The notes below the pieces were generated by a model, which was given only the letters and a program-made list of their open reading frames with translations, did not search any database and had not been told where the DNA came from. Source: Eledone cirrhosa (taxonomy: Eukaryota). From it: 64,000 nt of DNA. Below are positions 1 through 12,163 of this stretch, piece after piece (within the stretch, counting starts at the first letter, position 1; the number at the start of each line of letters is the position of its first letter). The stretch covers positions 201,872,001-201,936,000 of the forward strand of contig OZ024741.1 of NCBI GenBank assembly GCA_964016885.1, read 5' to 3'. The position numbers and the translations under genes were made by a program.

Positions 1-1268
1 AGTGGAGAGCCGACCAGGAGGTGTAACTGCCCTGGTAGATCTACGTGCCCCCTCAACAACAGATGCTGAGAACGTAACGTGATTTACCAGTGCAAGGTGA
101 GGATGGACACCTCCAACAAAGCTTATATAGGATTAACCGCTTGTGACTTTAAGACCCGGCTCTACCAACACCAACATACGTTCAGAAACCCGGTCCGGCG
201 ACATGCCACTACACTTTCGGGCTACATCTGGGACCTCCAAGATAATAAAATAACATACAATCTTACTTGGAGCTTACTGTCCAGGGCTAACTCATACACG
301 GGAGGACGCCATCCGTGTAACTTATGCTCATAGGAAACATTACAAATGCTGTTTACGAAGGACCAACTCCTAAACAAAAAAGACGAACTGGTAACTGCAT
401 GCAAACACCGATTGCATAGGACTTACCTCACCCTCAAACCCCCTAACGACCCGGGTGAGTAGACAATGGCTGAAACATCCCACTTGCCGAATAAGATAGG
501 GGAAACCCCAGCTTACATAGGTAGATGTTCCTCTTTTCTTTTCCTCTCTGTTTTCTTCTTCCCTTTGCCTCCTCCTATCAGAGATTTTGTATTACTTTTT
601 GCTACCCAATTCTATAATTTCAAAAATTCTTACTTAGTATCTCCTATTCTCAACTTATTAACCAATTCTATAGAAGTGGCCGAAAAAGCAACACCAACTA
701 AATATAGCAGCTGTTTTAGACTTCACAGTTTTTGTTTTTTATCACTTCTTACTATCCAATTTTATATTTTTATATATCTTTCGTTTATTTTTTTATTGTC
801 TCCAAATCTCAATTGATTTACCTATTCTATAACGTCCCTCCTCTATTTTCTCCAGAACCCTTTTCGCCTACTTCCTCTGACCTACTTTCATACACAATCC
901 TTAGGTTTGACTGTATAGATTTCACTTTCAACACTTGACCGGCTCCACCCACTCCCTCATTACTCTACAGGCAAGTTCAGCCACCCCCACCACCCACCCA
1001 CTGCCATGATAGACTTAACTGTGTTTACAAGAAATCTTGACCAATCCTCTTGACAACTACAATCTTCCCATATAAGGAAGTACCCCTTGAAAAGTTTGGC
1101 TATTTATATACCAGACTAAAAATTCTAATTTAGTTCAGAAATAGCCGTCGAAACGGCTTGAGCTGTGCCGTCGGGGTCATACATTTTCCTATTACCCACT
1201 CTACAACCCTAAGTATTGAGTACTCTGGTACGTTATGTCCATCTGGTTCCTTACCACAACTCCTTCGT
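1..1268 (+). mobile_element. 3' part of a Penelope-like retroelement (dead GIY-YIG endonuclease plus 3' pLTR region)
   Basis: ORF 79-333 IYQC..AYIGLTACDFKTRLYQH..ATTLSGYIW..CNLC is a PLE GIY-YIG domain with in-frame stops; identical segment at 58098+ is preceded by PLE RT. Confidence 0.9.
1082..1177 (+). ncRNA. Degenerate type I hammerhead ribozyme in PLE 3' region
   Basis: Stem I ACCCC/GGGGT, stem II GGCTATTT/AAATAGCC, GAAA, stem III CGGC/GCCG, GUC triplet; core reads TTGAAAA instead of CTGANGA. Confidence 0.7.
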
Positions 1269-1269
1269 T

Positions 1270-1301
<32 letters not shown>

Positions 1302-1531
1302 ACACTTACATATACACATATAGTTACACATATATATACACATATATATACATATATATACACATATATATACACACATATATATACACATATATATACA
1401 CACACATATAGTCATACATATACACACACATACAGTCACACATACACACATAGACACATAATCACACATATAGTCATACAATAACAGTAATAACAGCAAC
1501 AATAATATCAGCAACAGTAACAACAACAACA
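1269..1531. repeat. (TA)n / (TACA)-rich and (AAC)n simple repeats
   Basis: Direct reading. Confidence 0.9.
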
Positions 1532-1553
1532 ATTGTAATAATTCTGAAAATAT

Positions 1554-4500
1554 TTATCTCTCATAATGAATAAAACCAAAATGTTGATTTGTTGCAATAT
1601 GTCCAAAAATTTTGATATTTTTTTCAGAAAGTAGGAGACCATTAACACGGTAGACTTCAATATCTTTATCACTGAGGATTAATTGTAAGTTACTGTCTAC
1701 AGATACTTGGTAAATATTGTTAGTGTCATCTCCTGATGATATTTTGCTTCTTGTTGTTGATATATAAATATTTTCACCATGTGTTGTGAGATAAGATATG
1801 TTATATATATCATATATTGGTGGTGGTATTTCTAATCTCCTGACCAACTGTTGTTTTCTGTACCAATTGATATAACGGTACCATCTCCCCATTATTGCCT
1901 CTAATGTGACAACAACAATGTGTTCATTTGATGTGACACCAATTGCTGAGACTGCCTCCATCTCCATCTTCTCCATCTCATTTTCTCTAAAACACACTTC
2001 AACACTGTATTTCACTCTTCCACTATACATATAAACTATATCTACACAAGGTACTCCAGGGTTATATTTAAAAATATCACTATCATCACCATCACCATAT
2101 AACTCACAGTTATATTCAAACATATTTCTAACACCACTATAACTACACACAAGTTTGTTGTCATTCTTTTTACAAATCATGTTGTAGTACTTTTTAAGTT
2201 GGATAGTTTTAATGTAAGAAATATTTTTTCTGTAAATCACAAGTTTATGACAGTAAAGGAGAATAAAACAATTATCTGACCATCTGCAAATGTCTATTGG
2301 TGTTTCTGGTAATATTTTCCCATGGATTATTTCACCTTCTGTTGTTGTTACTGTGAGAATATTTCTCAACATGAACACTGCTACATTGTCATGTAACATA
2401 ATTAGTTTACTGTAGTAGATGATGTCCCTCCTATATTCCTTAGAATATTCAGTCTCATCAACCTTACATCTCTCAGTATATTTAGATATATCAGGATATG
2501 TAGGATAGGAAAGAGGAAACAATGTTATTCTATGGGGCAGAAACGTCACTGATATTTCATCATTTCCTAACATACACTTTGCCTTGTAATTACCACGTCT
2601 CACCAGTAAAGTGTTAATCATTTCACCTGATGGAGTAATATATCTTGCTTGATTATCAGTTATAATGGCAGGGAGCAGCAGATGAGAATTCACATTTAAT
2701 GTCTCATGTTTCAGAACATTCAATTTGTTGCCATCAACCTGTATGATATGATATTCTGTCAAGTTGATATGTTGACAGAAGTAAATATTTTCTTTTATCC
2801 TCGATATAACACCATAAGGTAAAGAACTGGACCAAACTTCATATTCTGTCAAATCTTCCTTCTTTAGTTGCATTATTTGATATTCATTAGGAAGTGTAAC
2901 CATAATAAATCCTCCTTCTTCTGTAAAACAGACTCCACCAACTAAAGTTTCAACATTTCTGTGACATAACAGTTCCCCATCTCTCTGAAATATTTTAACA
3001 TTACCATAATTGGTTATTTCACACACAACTGTTTGTCCATCATCAGAGATGTCCATATCTTTTATTTTAACAGAGCTTTGGTCTGTTTTTACACGACAAA
3101 CAGGGAACATTTCCCTATTAAGTTCATATAAACCTTCAACATACAAACACTTTGTATTCCAGTCATATCCAATGAACCTTGGACCTTTAGTGTTAATACT
3201 GGTGAAACATATGTCACCCCTATAAGGGGTTTTATTTAAAAATACATCCCTGTATTTACCAGTCTGTGACAAACAAACAATCTGTTTATTATTGTCACCA
3301 AAGTCGTTATATAATCCCCACTGTCCATAAATGTACAAATAATTGTCATTTGTTGTTATACAGGTGTTTGGTGGTATGTCCTCATAATATTGTCTGTGTG
3401 AATGTAAATAATCAGTTTTACAGCTGAAGAAAGTGATATATCTACCATTGTAAAATATAATCTCATTCTTAACATTAACTACAATATCAGAGGTGAGATT
3501 ATTATCATACATATGAAATTGTACGTCTTTGATGAACTTAGGTATGTTTATTTCTTTCTTTACTACCACAGTGGAATGTATTTCATCAATATCAATGACA
3601 AACAATCTATGTCTACCCATATATCTATCTCTATCTCTATCTACACAACTACACACTAGTTGATTGTCTAACAAAGAAGCTATACCATAATAGCTATGGT
3701 CTGTCTTATAAGTTACCAAATACAATGGAAACTCCACTTCTAAAGTTAACAGCTTGTCTGTATCAGTGGTAATGACCAGTGTGTTTGACCCCCAACGACA
3801 TATATGTTTAGGGAGATTGTCATTTAATTTGATAAAGTCAACAAGTTGACCATCAAATGTTAATATTTTGATGTTGTTATTATTCCTGTCATATAATGCA
3901 ATCAGGTTATTTTCAGTAATAACAACCAAACACTTCTCCTCACTATAATAACCTTCCAAACAAGGCGGTGAAAATATCTTAGCTTTATCAGAAACTGTCA
4001 GATCCTGCAGATATAATGTAGAAGAAAACATTTCACTGACACAGATGTTTCTAGAAAATACATCTACCATGTCAATAAACATGTTAGACTGTTTCTTTGT
4101 CACCAGATATACCATCACAGAGTTATGCTTATTTATAGCCAACACACCATCTTTGTCTATCAGATAATGACAAGTTTTATCAATACATCCACCATATAGA
4201 TCAGAAAGTGGTAAAATAAGGCTGAAATCCCTTGAAATACCTCGTTGACCCTTTTTTGATATAGTTTTGTACATAAATATATTTTTCTTAGCCACCATAA
4301 ATATATTTAATGTATCATTGTCTATTGCTAATGACTTTATTTGACATGGGATAGGGACCCTAGAAATTACTTCACCCAGGTTATGTTTTTGAACAGATAC
4401 AATGTCTATATAGTTTGGTTTGTTGTCACAATAACCAACAATTCTACCTTCACCAAACTTCCGTATCTGTACATAAGGGTGGTTTAATGATATAATTCTA

Positions 4501-6581
4501 ACTGTTTTTGATAGGTTTCCAATAAGCCTTAATTCTTTCTCTAGGGGTAATGTGACAGCCAATTGACTAGAACCCCATCTACATATATCTGTAGCTACAG
4601 ATGGCAGATATAATGTAGATAGCACTTTTATTTCTTCTCCTTCTTTCTTAGAAATGTATAATAAGCAAGAATTATTTATGTCAGACACCACCAACTGTCC
4701 GTTGGGTAGATAACATATTTCAGCAATCGCAATTTTATTATCATCCTTTTCTTTGTGTCGTATCGTTGGATTTCTGATATAAGGATTTAACTTTTTTAAA
4801 TGACAAATGGATGATTCACAGTTATAAACAAGAATACTCCCTAGTTTATAGTCAAATAAATATATAGTTCCTTCACAAATACCATTACGAAAGCGAGAAG
4901 CTACCGGAAGTTTTAATTTCCATTTATATTCTCCATAAATATCATAACATGCCATAATAGAGAGTGTAGGGAAGATAACATACAAGTAAAAACTGTCTGC
5001 GTAGATATGATAGGGACGGCTGTTAAAATCAAAATATGTTTCAAAAAGTTCTTCTTCGCCGAAACTAGAATGAAATATTAATTTACGATACTTCTTATCT
5101 AAAATAACAAAATAAATTGTAGTTGTAGCTATACTGACATCACCATGTTCTAATGATTTTAGTTTTTCATATTCTACCTTGTTTTCCTCAATCTTTAATT
5201 TATGGAGCTCATTCATTCCACAAGTGGTCAAAGCCATAAACCTATCTAATACCACATGACATATTTGAATGTAATTCTTTTTTAAAGAAAAGAGTTTACC
5301 TTTTTTTAGTTCAGGACATGTAATATATTGTATATTTTGTATATTTCTAGTTTTATTGAATAGAACCAGAAATTTGCTGGAGTCTATTCTGCAAAATCTA
5401 GATGGTTGGGAATTAAATGTTAATTCCTCACCTTTACAAAATTCTGTCCCTCTGTAAGTGTATAATGTCCCACTGTAAGTGTATAATGGGTTTAGATTCC
5501 TATATACAACTAATACAGAAGATTGTGACATAGGCAGAATCTTATCTATGTTGTTGAGATATTCTATATAAATTTGATCATTCAGACAGGGTGTTGGAAT
5601 CTTTTGAAAATAAGACATCTTTGGCCAAAATTTTTTTGTCTTAAAACTATGTATCTGACCAGAAACGTCAGATACTAACATGCTATTTCTGTCAAACCAA
5701 GCATATCGAACATTTATCCCAATATCTTTTTGAGACACACCACCTATTGAGGAGACCTTATAAATAACATGTCCTTGAAAGACATAAAAATAATTCCGGA
5801 ACACAGTGATGCCAGCAGGAATGTCTATAGAATGGAGGTGAAATTGAAATAATTTATGACCATTCAGATCATAACAAATGATAAAAGTAAAATTATAAAA
5901 TATTACTAAAACACGATCTTCTGGTCCTATAGCTATATCTCTAGGATTATGTTTCACCTCAAATTGCTTAATATATGTATTATCAACCCAATTTACCATA
6001 TAGATTGTTTTTTCTAATAGTTTAATACCTATGAAATTACTACCCTTAAAATATGAAATTTTATGAAAACCATATTCAAGAGTTTTTATTTCAACACTAG
6101 AGGGCGAGAAGAATAAAATTTGGTTTCGAAATGGTAATGTGGCAATTACCGTATTTTGCTTAAACCTATCAATATCAGTGACCACTGATGAAAAGTGTAC
6201 CATACAACAAGGACCAGTTGGTGGTGTATATTTTAATGTCAATATTCGAGGGATATAGGACATGGTACCATTGTTTATAGGAATAATAAATGTTACCGGC
6301 AAAGCGATATCATCTACAAGGTCTACATTATTATCTATTTTAGGGTTTCCATTTTGTAAAGTAGGAACATGTATATTCTGCTTTTGTAGATCAATTTCTT
6401 TTTCTAATTCTACATTACTAAAAATGTCCACTCCCATACTAGGAATATTAACTGAACATTGACACATTTTCACTATCGTAGATTCAATACTACTAACTTC
6501 AATTTCAGTCACTGGAAGTAACTTTTCATCCCCTCCATGTACTGTTTCTATTTCTACTATACTTATCTTGGTATCCTCCAT
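1554..6581 (-). CDS. Intronless 1675-aa protein of about six tandem NHL/TolB-like beta-propeller units
   Basis: 5-kb open frame in about 30% GC DNA. Recurring motif PSRFCRI (aa ~393), ATDICRWG (~663), PKHICRWG (~924), VGGVCFT (~1214), PIDICRW (~1428). IAEICYLPNGQLVVSDINN resembles the propeller of mollusc TRIM/B-box proteins. Confidence 0.88.
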   Translation of the reverse strand: MEDTKISIVEIETVHGGDEKLLPVTEIEVSSIESTIVKMCQCSVNIPSMGVDIFSNVELEKEIDLQKQNIHVPTLQNGNPKIDNNVDLVDDIALPVTFIIPINNGTMSYIPRILTLKYTPPTGPCCMVHFSSVVTDIDRFKQNTVIATLPFRNQILFFSPSSVEIKTLEYGFHKISYFKGSNFIGIKLLEKTIYMVNWVDNTYIKQFEVKHNPRDIAIGPEDRVLVIFYNFTFIICYDLNGHKLFQFHLHSIDIPAGITVFRNYFYVFQGHVIYKVSSIGGVSQKDIGINVRYAWFDRNSMLVSDVSGQIHSFKTKKFWPKMSYFQKIPTPCLNDQIYIEYLNNIDKILPMSQSSVLVVYRNLNPLYTYSGTLYTYRGTEFCKGEELTFNSQPSRFCRIDSSKFLVLFNKTRNIQNIQYITCPELKKGKLFSLKKNYIQICHVVLDRFMALTTCGMNELHKLKIEENKVEYEKLKSLEHGDVSIATTTIYFVILDKKYRKLIFHSSFGEEELFETYFDFNSRPYHIYADSFYLYVIFPTLSIMACYDIYGEYKWKLKLPVASRFRNGICEGTIYLFDYKLGSILVYNCESSICHLKKLNPYIRNPTIRHKEKDDNKIAIAEICYLPNGQLVVSDINNSCLLYISKKEGEEIKVLSTLYLPSVATDICRWGSSQLAVTLPLEKELRLIGNLSKTVRIISLNHPYVQIRKFGEGRIVGYCDNKPNYIDIVSVQKHNLGEVISRVPIPCQIKSLAIDNDTLNIFMVAKKNIFMYKTISKKGQRGISRDFSLILPLSDLYGGCIDKTCHYLIDKDGVLAINKHNSVMVYLVTKKQSNMFIDMVDVFSRNICVSEMFSSTLYLQDLTVSDKAKIFSPPCLEGYYSEEKCLVVITENNLIALYDRNNNNIKILTFDGQLVDFIKLNDNLPKHICRWGSNTLVITTDTDKLLTLEVEFPLYLVTYKTDHSYYGIASLLDNQLVCSCVDRDRDRYMGRHRLFVIDIDEIHSTVVVKKEINIPKFIKDVQFHMYDNNLTSDIVVNVKNEIIFYNGRYITFFSCKTDYLHSHRQYYEDIPPNTCITTNDNYLYIYGQWGLYNDFGDNNKQIVCLSQTGKYRDVFLNKTPYRGDICFTSINTKGPRFIGYDWNTKCLYVEGLYELNREMFPVCRVKTDQSSVKIKDMDISDDGQTVVCEITNYGNVKIFQRDGELLCHRNVETLVGGVCFTEEGGFIMVTLPNEYQIMQLKKEDLTEYEVWSSSLPYGVISRIKENIYFCQHINLTEYHIIQVDGNKLNVLKHETLNVNSHLLLPAIITDNQARYITPSGEMINTLLVRRGNYKAKCMLGNDEISVTFLPHRITLFPLSYPTYPDISKYTERCKVDETEYSKEYRRDIIYYSKLIMLHDNVAVFMLRNILTVTTTEGEIIHGKILPETPIDICRWSDNCFILLYCHKLVIYRKNISYIKTIQLKKYYNMICKKNDNKLVCSYSGVRNMFEYNCELYGDGDDSDIFKYNPGVPCVDIVYMYSGRVKYSVEVCFRENEMEKMEMEAVSAIGVTSNEHIVVVTLEAIMGRWYRYINWYRKQQLVRRLEIPPPIYDIYNISYLTTHGENIYISTTRSKISSGDDTNNIYQVSVDSNLQLILSDKDIEVYRVNGLLLSEKNIKIFGHIATNQHFGFIHYER

Positions 6582-6624
6582 TGTTTATATCTAGTTACTA
6601 CAACTGCTTATATATCATATAATA

Positions 6625-6665
6625 TAATGAAAATTATTGTCTACAGCGCTCAGGTCCACTACAAT
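6625..6665 (-). mobile_element. CR1/L2-type LINE 3' tail remnant just upstream of the large ORF
   Basis: AAATTATTGTCTACAGCGCTCAGGTCCACTACAA matches the LINE tails at ~33375-33410 and (reverse) ~51428-51465. Confidence 0.6.
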
Positions 6666-6889
6666 ATATGTATGTGTGTGTGTGTGTTTTGGTGTGTAAT
6701 GAGTGACGTGTATGTTGGTAACTAATGAGCTTCAATTCCAATTTTCAAGATTTCAAGTTTTCCAGATCAGTTTACCAATTTCCTACCAAATCTAAAATGA
6801 AATAAAGGGAAAAGAAACATTGATTAGTTTTGTGAAAATATTAGTTTTTCAAGAGAATATCTTTTGTATGTATGTATGTATGGTCCAAT

Positions 6890-6929
<40 letters not shown>

Positions 6930-6930
<1 letters not shown>

Positions 6931-8416
6931 CTTGGGGAGGGTCATATTTGTGTAATATTGCCAGAATTAATAACAGAACACACTCACTGTATGGTTGGTT
7001 TTCGCTTCTCGCTTCTGTGTCTTTTATATCGGTAATCTATCTTACTCGGTCCTCAATGTTGCCATTGACTGACCGACGGTCAAAAATAATACAGATACAA
7101 TATAGACACAAACACATATATATAGTTTATCATAAATCTTTCGTTGCACATCTGCAACATCGTCAGTGGTGTTATATTTTCCTCCTGTTGTATTGTATGT
7201 CTACGCCATTTTTATTCAGTCTGTCTATATATTTATTTATTTAATTGCTTGTTTGTTTATTTTATTTTGTCTTCTTTGCGCATGCGTTTGCGTGTGTGTA
7301 TAGTGTTTTGTTTGCTGTGTGATGGGTGACTAGTGTGTGTTTATGTGCTTGTTGTTATTGTGCTTGTGTATGTATTTATTTATTTATTTATTTATTTATT
7401 TTATTTTATTTACTTATTTATACTTCTCTTAGGTCAGTGTTGTTTGTTTGGGTGTTGTTGTTATTCCATTCATTCTTTTTGTTTAGCCTTGGTCTTCTAA
7501 TTTCTATCTCACTGGCCTCTCTGATTTGCCTATCTGCTGCGTCATTTCTATGTTTAGATATTATTCTAATTTCTATGTTGTCTATGTTACCGTCATGTTG
7601 TTGTCTAGCATGTTCGTATAGTACTGACCCGTTTTTTCGTCCTTTTAGTTCCCCCCAATGTTGGTCTATTCTTTCACCTATGCTACGAGCTGTCTCACCT
7701 ATGTATGTTGTTGTCATGTTTCTGCAAGTACCCTCTGTACATCTTATGCTATAGACTACGTTTCTAGTTTTACAGTTTATTCAGGGGTTCACCTTACATA
7801 TGATACATTTCCTATTGGTACAGTGGGTTTTCTTAAAAGGGTAGGTTTTGCTGATCAGGGATTTTATGGTGGTTCCTGGCTTTTCTACCACCTTTATTTT
7901 TAAGTGGGTCTTTCTCAGGGCCTTTCTACACTGGTTAGCTAATTTCCCTCCAGGGGTAGCGTCCACAAACATGAGACTCTGGTATCTCTGGTGGCTTTCC
8001 CTATCTTATGTCTAGCCCTATCTAAGCTATTCCATGATTTGCTCCTGTATAATGGGCAAATTCCTTTCATGTCCAGTTCTATGAGGGTCTTATACTTTTC
8101 CATGGCTCCTTCGTATACTCTGACTCTGTCTCTTTGGTTGTAGCCAGAGAACTGCATGCGGTTGATGAAGTGTTGGATGTGTCTTTCCATTTCTGTTGGG
8201 TCGCACATGCGGGACACATTCTTCATCACTCGTACCAAATCAGCGATCAGAATATTAAACTTAGCACTACTGAGTTTTTGAGTGTCAGGTATTTGGTGGC
8301 CATGGGTTTAGCATAGTGTGGTGGAGAATTTGGGCTCTCTCGTCTATAGTGTTAATCCAGAGTTCTGTGTCTAATACAGGTAGTCTATTGTTAGGGTGTT
8401 TGGAAGGGAAGTCGAT
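6930..8416 (-). mobile_element. 5'-truncated Penelope-like element (RT thumb plus GIY-YIG, frameshifted)
   Basis: ORFs 7939-8238, 7781-7972, 7418-7717: YIGETARSIGERIDQH..RQIREASEI..LNKKNEW. Confidence 0.85.
7128..7171 (-). ncRNA. Minimal type I hammerhead ribozyme
   Basis: Minus strand CACCA-CTGACGA-T-GTTGCA(GATG)TGCAAC-GAA-AGATTT-A-TGATA, located 3' of the PLE ORF; stems I and III imperfect. Confidence 0.65.
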
Positions 8417-8488
8417 ATATATATATATATATATGTATTATAAATATTATATATATATATAATATACATATATATATATATATATATA

Positions 8489-9038
8489 TCGAGACCTTTG
8501 GCGGTACTCAGTAACAGAGAAGACCCGCCTTACCTAAATACAAAGTAAAACCTACTAGTCGGTAGGCATCTCTAACAAAATACACCCCCGTCCCACCCCA
8601 ACCGCACCGCCCCCTTCAATGCAAAGTTATGTTGGTGCCACAACATCCAGGCCGAAACAAATGAGATCGTGTAGGTGTCACGACAAAAAAAACACAGTCC
8701 ACGCTGTAATGTGGCCGTGTAGGCAACACGGTAAAAACCTCTCAGTCCCACACTGTAAATGTGGTTGGTGTTAGGAAGGGCATCCAGCTGTAGAAAACAC
8801 GCCAGACAGTCCACGCTGTAATGTGGGCGTGTAGGCAACACGGTAAAAACCACCCAGCCCCACACTGTAAATGTGGTTGGTGTTAGGAAGGGCATCCAGC
8901 TGTAGAAAACCCGCCAGATAGTCCTATGCGAGCAAGACAACCTCTTGCCTCAAGTGGGAAAACCCCCGTCCAAACACATGCAAGCGTGGAACAGGGACGT
9001 GGAACAGGGACGTTAAACGATGATGATGATGATGATGA

Positions 9039-9041
<3 letters not shown>
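8489..9041 (+). mobile_element. RTE LINE 3' end with internal ~110-bp duplication and (GAT)n tail
   Basis: Near-identical to 13270-13712. Confidence 0.85.
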
Positions 9042-9079
<38 letters not shown>

Positions 9080-9082
9080 TAA

Positions 9083-9130
<48 letters not shown>

Positions 9131-9206
9131 TTATAACTATATATATATATTATAAATATTATAAATATATATATATATTATAAATATTATAAATATATAT
9201 ATATAT

Positions 9207-9238
<32 letters not shown>

Positions 9239-9271
9239 AAGAACTGACTAACTGCCTGATGAGGTCATAGC

Positions 9272-9550
9272 CACACACACACACACACTGCAAAGTGGTT
9301 GTGGAGGTGCCACGGCAAAAAAAGCACCCAGCCCACACTGTAAAGTGGATGTGTAGGTGCCACGGAAAAAAGCACCCCCCTCTCACTGTAAATGAGGTTG
9401 GTATTAAGAAGGGCATCCAGCTGTAGGAATCAAGCTAAAATCAGTCCCTGTATGAGCAAGACAAAGTCAGCCGACTGGACACTGCTCACAACAGGACAAT
9501 CCGTCTAACCCATGCTAGCGTGGAAGAACGAACGTAAAATGATGATGATA
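9272..9550 (+). mobile_element. RTE-tail-related SINE/LINE fragment
   Basis: Shared CACTGTAAA..GGTTGG..AAGGGCATCCAGCTGTAG motif and (GAT)n tail. Confidence 0.7.
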
Positions 9551-9558
9551 TATATATA

Positions 9559-9597
<39 letters not shown>

Positions 9598-9607
9598 TAA
9601 TATTATA

Positions 9608-9638
<31 letters not shown>

Positions 9639-10187
9639 CGATTGGTAGCTGCTACACTGCAGCTACAACTTCGTATTAAGAGAGGGGCTAAGACATGGGA
9701 GGAATTTGAGGAATAAGTGGGAATTGGACTTCTGATCATCAAACAAAATATTCTGGCAGACCATCTGCTGATTTTGTAATAAAGAGTCCTTCTCCACACC
9801 TGCTCCGCAGAGAGGAGAGTCCTTGATTGGTCAGTAACGAATAAAAGTTACTGTCCTCCTCCTACAGATCAACTCAATAAATAAGTTAACTGGGAGGAAA
9901 CATAGTGATAATCACTGAGGATGTCACAGAAATGTGTGACGAAAGAACTTTAAGAAATTACATTTATATTTATAGTTTTAATTTGGCCAATCAATGATAA
10001 ACATTGATTGCCAGGTAATTATTTATAAAAATAAAAAAAGAAGTACTGAAACTGAACTGAAAACCAAACCAAACAATGAATGCGTTTTATTATTTTTTGG
10101 CAATATTTGGACATCACCCTCACTAAATATAACAATATCTGTTTCAACACACGATTTCATATAAAAAACCTTGCAAAACAATATATA

Positions 10188-12163
10188 AGAGAGAAGCTAG
10201 ACGTCAGGTGTACTTAGCATGCAGGGAAGCAGAGAGTAGGAGGTTTGCCAATGTTCTACGATGGGAAGATCAGAGACGTGTGGTGTTCCACATTGCAAGG
10301 CAATGTGTCAGTGCAAATCAGGATGTTGTTGGCGATAAGTGTGTCCGGAATGATCAAAAGAAGGAGGCCTGTAAATGTCATTATGAGAGACTGATGAATG
10401 TAGAGAACGAATGGGACAGAGAGGAATTACCCCCAGTAGACCCGACAGAGGGACCAGCTATTGAGATTGATGAATATAGGGTACAAGAGGAAATTAAGGA
10501 AATGAAGAATGGTAAGGCTGCTGGACCGTCGGGGATAATTGCTGAGATGCTGAAGGCATCAGGAGAAGTAGGCACTAAACTAGTTGTACGCATCATTAAT
10601 CAAGTTATATATGGTGGTGTCATACCCAAAGACTGGTGCAGCAGTATTCTCATAAATTGCTACAAAGGTAAAGTGGATGCTCTAGAGAGGAGCAATTATA
10701 GGGGCATAAAGCTGATGGATCAGGTTATGAAAGTGGCAGAGAGAATATTAGTGCAACTGATTAGAGAAAGGGTCAATTTAGATGAGATGCAGTTGGTTTT
10801 GTGCCTCGGAAAAGTACAACAGATGCCCTCTTCTTAGTGAGGCAACTACAAGAGAGGTTCTTAGAGAAGAATAAGCCACTATACTTAGCTTTTGTTGACC
10901 TAGAGAAGGCCTTTGATAGGGTACCCCTATCTGTCATCTGGTGGTCCCTATGGAAACTAGGTGTAGAGGAATGGCTTATGAGGACAGTGCAAGCTATTTA
11001 CAGGGGTACTGTCAGTAAAGTGAGAATAGGAATGGAGTTTAGTGAGGAATTTCAGATACAAGTAGGTGTACATCAAGGTTCGGTCCTAAGCCCACTCTTG
11101 TTCATTATTGTCCTCCAAGCCACAACAGAGGAGTTTAAGACTGGATTCCCGTGGGAACTTCTCTATGCTGATGATCTGGTTCTTATAGCAGAATCGGTAG
11201 AGGAACTAGAGAATAAATTCTGGCTATGGAAACAGCAGTTCGAATCAAGAGTCCTGAGAGTGAACATAGCTAAAACAAAAGTGTTGATAAGTAGAAGAGA
11301 GGACAATACTCTGATTCCATCAGGGAAACGGCCATGTTCGATATGTAGGAAAGGAACTGGCATACATTCCATAAAATGCATGCAATGCAGATCATGGGTA
11401 CACAAGAGATGTAGTGGGATAGCAGGAAAACTAACAGGTAGGGAAAACTACTTATGCAGTAGATCTACAGGGAAAGTTGGCAGTAGTAATCGCTGTGATA
11501 GACTCATTTTTCCAATGCAGGTGGGTTCTATAGAAGTGGTTGATAGCTTCTGGTACCTAGATGAACAGATTAGAATGGGAGGGGGATGGGAGTGTTCCGA
11601 AGCCATAGTATCTAGAATAAGGACGGGTTGGAAGAAGTTTAGGGAGCTGCTGCCTCTGTTACAAAGAAGGGTTTCTCCCTGCATACGAAATGACAGTTAT
11701 ATGATGCCTGTGTGAGATGCACGATGCTGTATGGTAGTGAGACATGGGCAGCAACTGCAGAAGATATGCGATGGCTGGAGAGAAATGAAGCAAGTATGCG
11801 CCATTGGATGTGCAATGTCAATGTGCGTGAATGACCAAGCATAGACGAGTTGAGAAAGAAACTGGGTATAAGAGGGATAAGTTGTGGTGTGCAGGAGAGA
11901 AGACTGAGATGGTATGAACATGTGATGCGCATGGAGGATGACCGCTGGGTAAAGAAGTGCCAGGAAGTCCCAGTGGAGGGAAGACTCAGTAGAGGTAGAC
12001 CACGAAAAACATGGGTGGAGGTGGTGAGAGCAGATCTCAGATCGCTGAAACTCACCGAGGAGATGACGAAGGACCGTGACAAGTGGAGAGATGATGTGCT
12101 GAATAAGACCCGCCCAACCCTTGCAAGCAGGGGAAAGCGGGCGTAAAATGATGATGATGATGA
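10188..12163 (+). mobile_element. 5'-truncated RTE-clade LINE (RT with Cys-rich PHD-like insert), disrupted
   Basis: KAAGPSGI, NYRGIKL, AFVDLEKAFDRV, GVHQGSVLSPLLF, LLYADDL, RLRWYEHVMR, RGRPRKTW; (GAT)n tail. Confidence 0.95.

Larger units (their letters stand above)
1..5901 (+). repeat. Segmental duplicate copy 1 (matches 58098-64000, offset about 58.1 kb)
   Basis: Position 1 AGTGGAGAGCCGACC recurs at 58098 and the match continues to the window end. Confidence 0.97.

Noticed and set aside
1158-1532. YI/HT/L-rich ORFs here and at many (TA)n tracts
   Set aside because: Translations of microsatellites
1554-6581. Bacterial or viral origin (HGT or contamination) of the large ORF
   Set aside because: Embedded in host repeats, AT content matches the host, and motifs resemble animal TRIM-type propellers; not excluded without a search
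9256-9272. CTGATGAGGTCATAGCC hammerhead start
   Set aside because: No GAAA or stem III follows; interrupted by (CA)n and a repeat
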